A stretch of DNA of 64,000 nucleotides, taken from Salpingoeca rosetta (Eukaryota; Protista; Choanoflagellata). The stretch spans positions 549,327 to 613,326 of the forward strand of contig JAWQFM010000005.1 in assembly GCA_033442325.1 (NCBI GenBank), read 5' to 3'. Positions 62,762 through 64,000 of this stretch are shown piece by piece. The translations under genes and the position numbers were made by a program. The notes beneath the pieces were generated by a model, which saw nothing but the letters and a program-made list of their open reading frames with translations, did no database searches and was not told where the DNA came from. Numbering within the stretch: position 1 is the first letter of the stretch; every line of letters begins with the position of its first letter.

Positions 62762-64000
62762 GTACAGATACAAGCGAACACACGCACACAGTGACAAGCA
62801 CCAGCACGCGCAGATGCAACAACACATGTACACTGCAAAGCACCAACCTGCATGAACTCTGTGACTTTGAGCATGAGGATACAGATGGAGATGATGGCGA
62901 GCAGACGCGTTGGGATGTCCAGCGAGTGGAGGTGGTGCATCAGTCGCTCAACCACAAACTGCAGACACACACACACACACACACACATACACACACCATG
63001 TCACAAGCGAGTGTGAGCGGTTGCGTTCACGTGTGCATGAACAATCACAAGCGCATCAACTTGCACGCTGGCTGGTTGTGTGTGTATGTGTATGTGTGTT
63101 TTTGTATGTGTTTGTATGAGTGTGTTTGCTCTGACGATAGCCACGTCTTTGCAACTCATCGTACTTTGCTCAAGATGATGATGATGAGCCCTAGGAGGAT
63201 AAAACTTCCGATGAGACGAAACGTGATCCGCCCAATGTCCATCACATTAATCTGCAGCGAAAAGGCGACCAGTCAACACAGGTGAGTGCATGTGTGTGTG
63301 CGTGTGAGCATGTGCATGTGTGCGTGTGAGCATGTGGGATGTGTGTGTGTGTGCGTGCCACGCAGTGTGTCAAAACACCACAACGCAGGCAGTCTCGGGC
63401 CCATGCATGTACATCAACAGCGACTCCCCACTTCCACCACACGCACGCACACCTCATCGAAGGAGACGAGGAGGGGCAGGACGGCAATGATGACGCCCAA
63501 ATACACGTCTTGCATCAGCAGCACGCCGAGCAGGCCCCGCCCTGCAGGCAGTCGCAGCAAACACACGCGCAACGGGGAATACCGCACGTGCATGCAGGTC
63601 CAGTGAGTGCGAGAGGTGTAGGTGTGAGTGCGTGCATGTGCGTACGTGTGTGTGTGTGTGTCTGTGTCCGTGCGTGCGTGTGTATGTGCATGTGTGTGTG
63701 CATGTGCGTGTCTGTGTGCATGTGTGGAGGCATTCCGTGCGAGTCACGGTATCTGAGTGTGGCTGCAAGAGGTTGAACGCGCACCGTAGGGCTGCTCGTG
63801 GTCTGTTGGTGTGAGGTTGTTGGCGGCGACGGTTGTGCTCGAGAGCGATACAACGATGGCCACAAACAGCCTGGGAAACGAATCCATGTCATGAATACAC
63901 GGATAGACAGGCAGACGCCAGTAGAATCAGTTCAGCAGGCAGACGAGAAGAAACACACACATGCTTGCACGCACAGACACAGACACAGACACACACAGAA
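61096..64000 (-). CDS. TMCO3: 3' part of a TMCO3-like CPA2-family cation/H+ antiporter (5' end outside window)
   Basis: [68 protein letters not shown]. Confidence 0.82.

Overview
Gene-dense, intron-rich eukaryotic DNA with GC3-biased exons, (GT)n/(CA)n microsatellites in most introns, poly-Q tracts and three N gaps. Gene content (Gq-type G-alpha, MAGI-type PDZ-GuK, E2F, TMEM132/FN3/TSP3 surface protein) and sequence style point to a unicellular holozoan, probably the choanoflagellate Salpingoeca rosetta (inference). Fifteen protein-coding loci can be read in order: a partial L-domain/TSP3/EGF/TMEM132-like/FN3 surface protein; a P-loop kinase fused to a 2H phosphoesterase; a probably domesticated DD83E IS630-Tc1-mariner transposase; SAE1; a divergent E2F; a 4xGuK/5xPDZ scaffold apparently spliced onto a sulfotransferase-like plus class IV aminotransferase-like enzyme; a bacterial-like secreted protein; a HAD phosphatase; G-alpha; TMEM33; a RacGAP1-like RhoGAP; an EF-hand-CorA fusion; an intronless orphan; BCKDHA; and the 3' part of TMCO3. 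The best novelty candidates are the three domain fusions, the inactivated transposase, and CDE/CHR-like promoter elements upstream of the RacGAP1-like and SAE1 genes. All gene models and family calls were made by eye from motifs; no searches were run.
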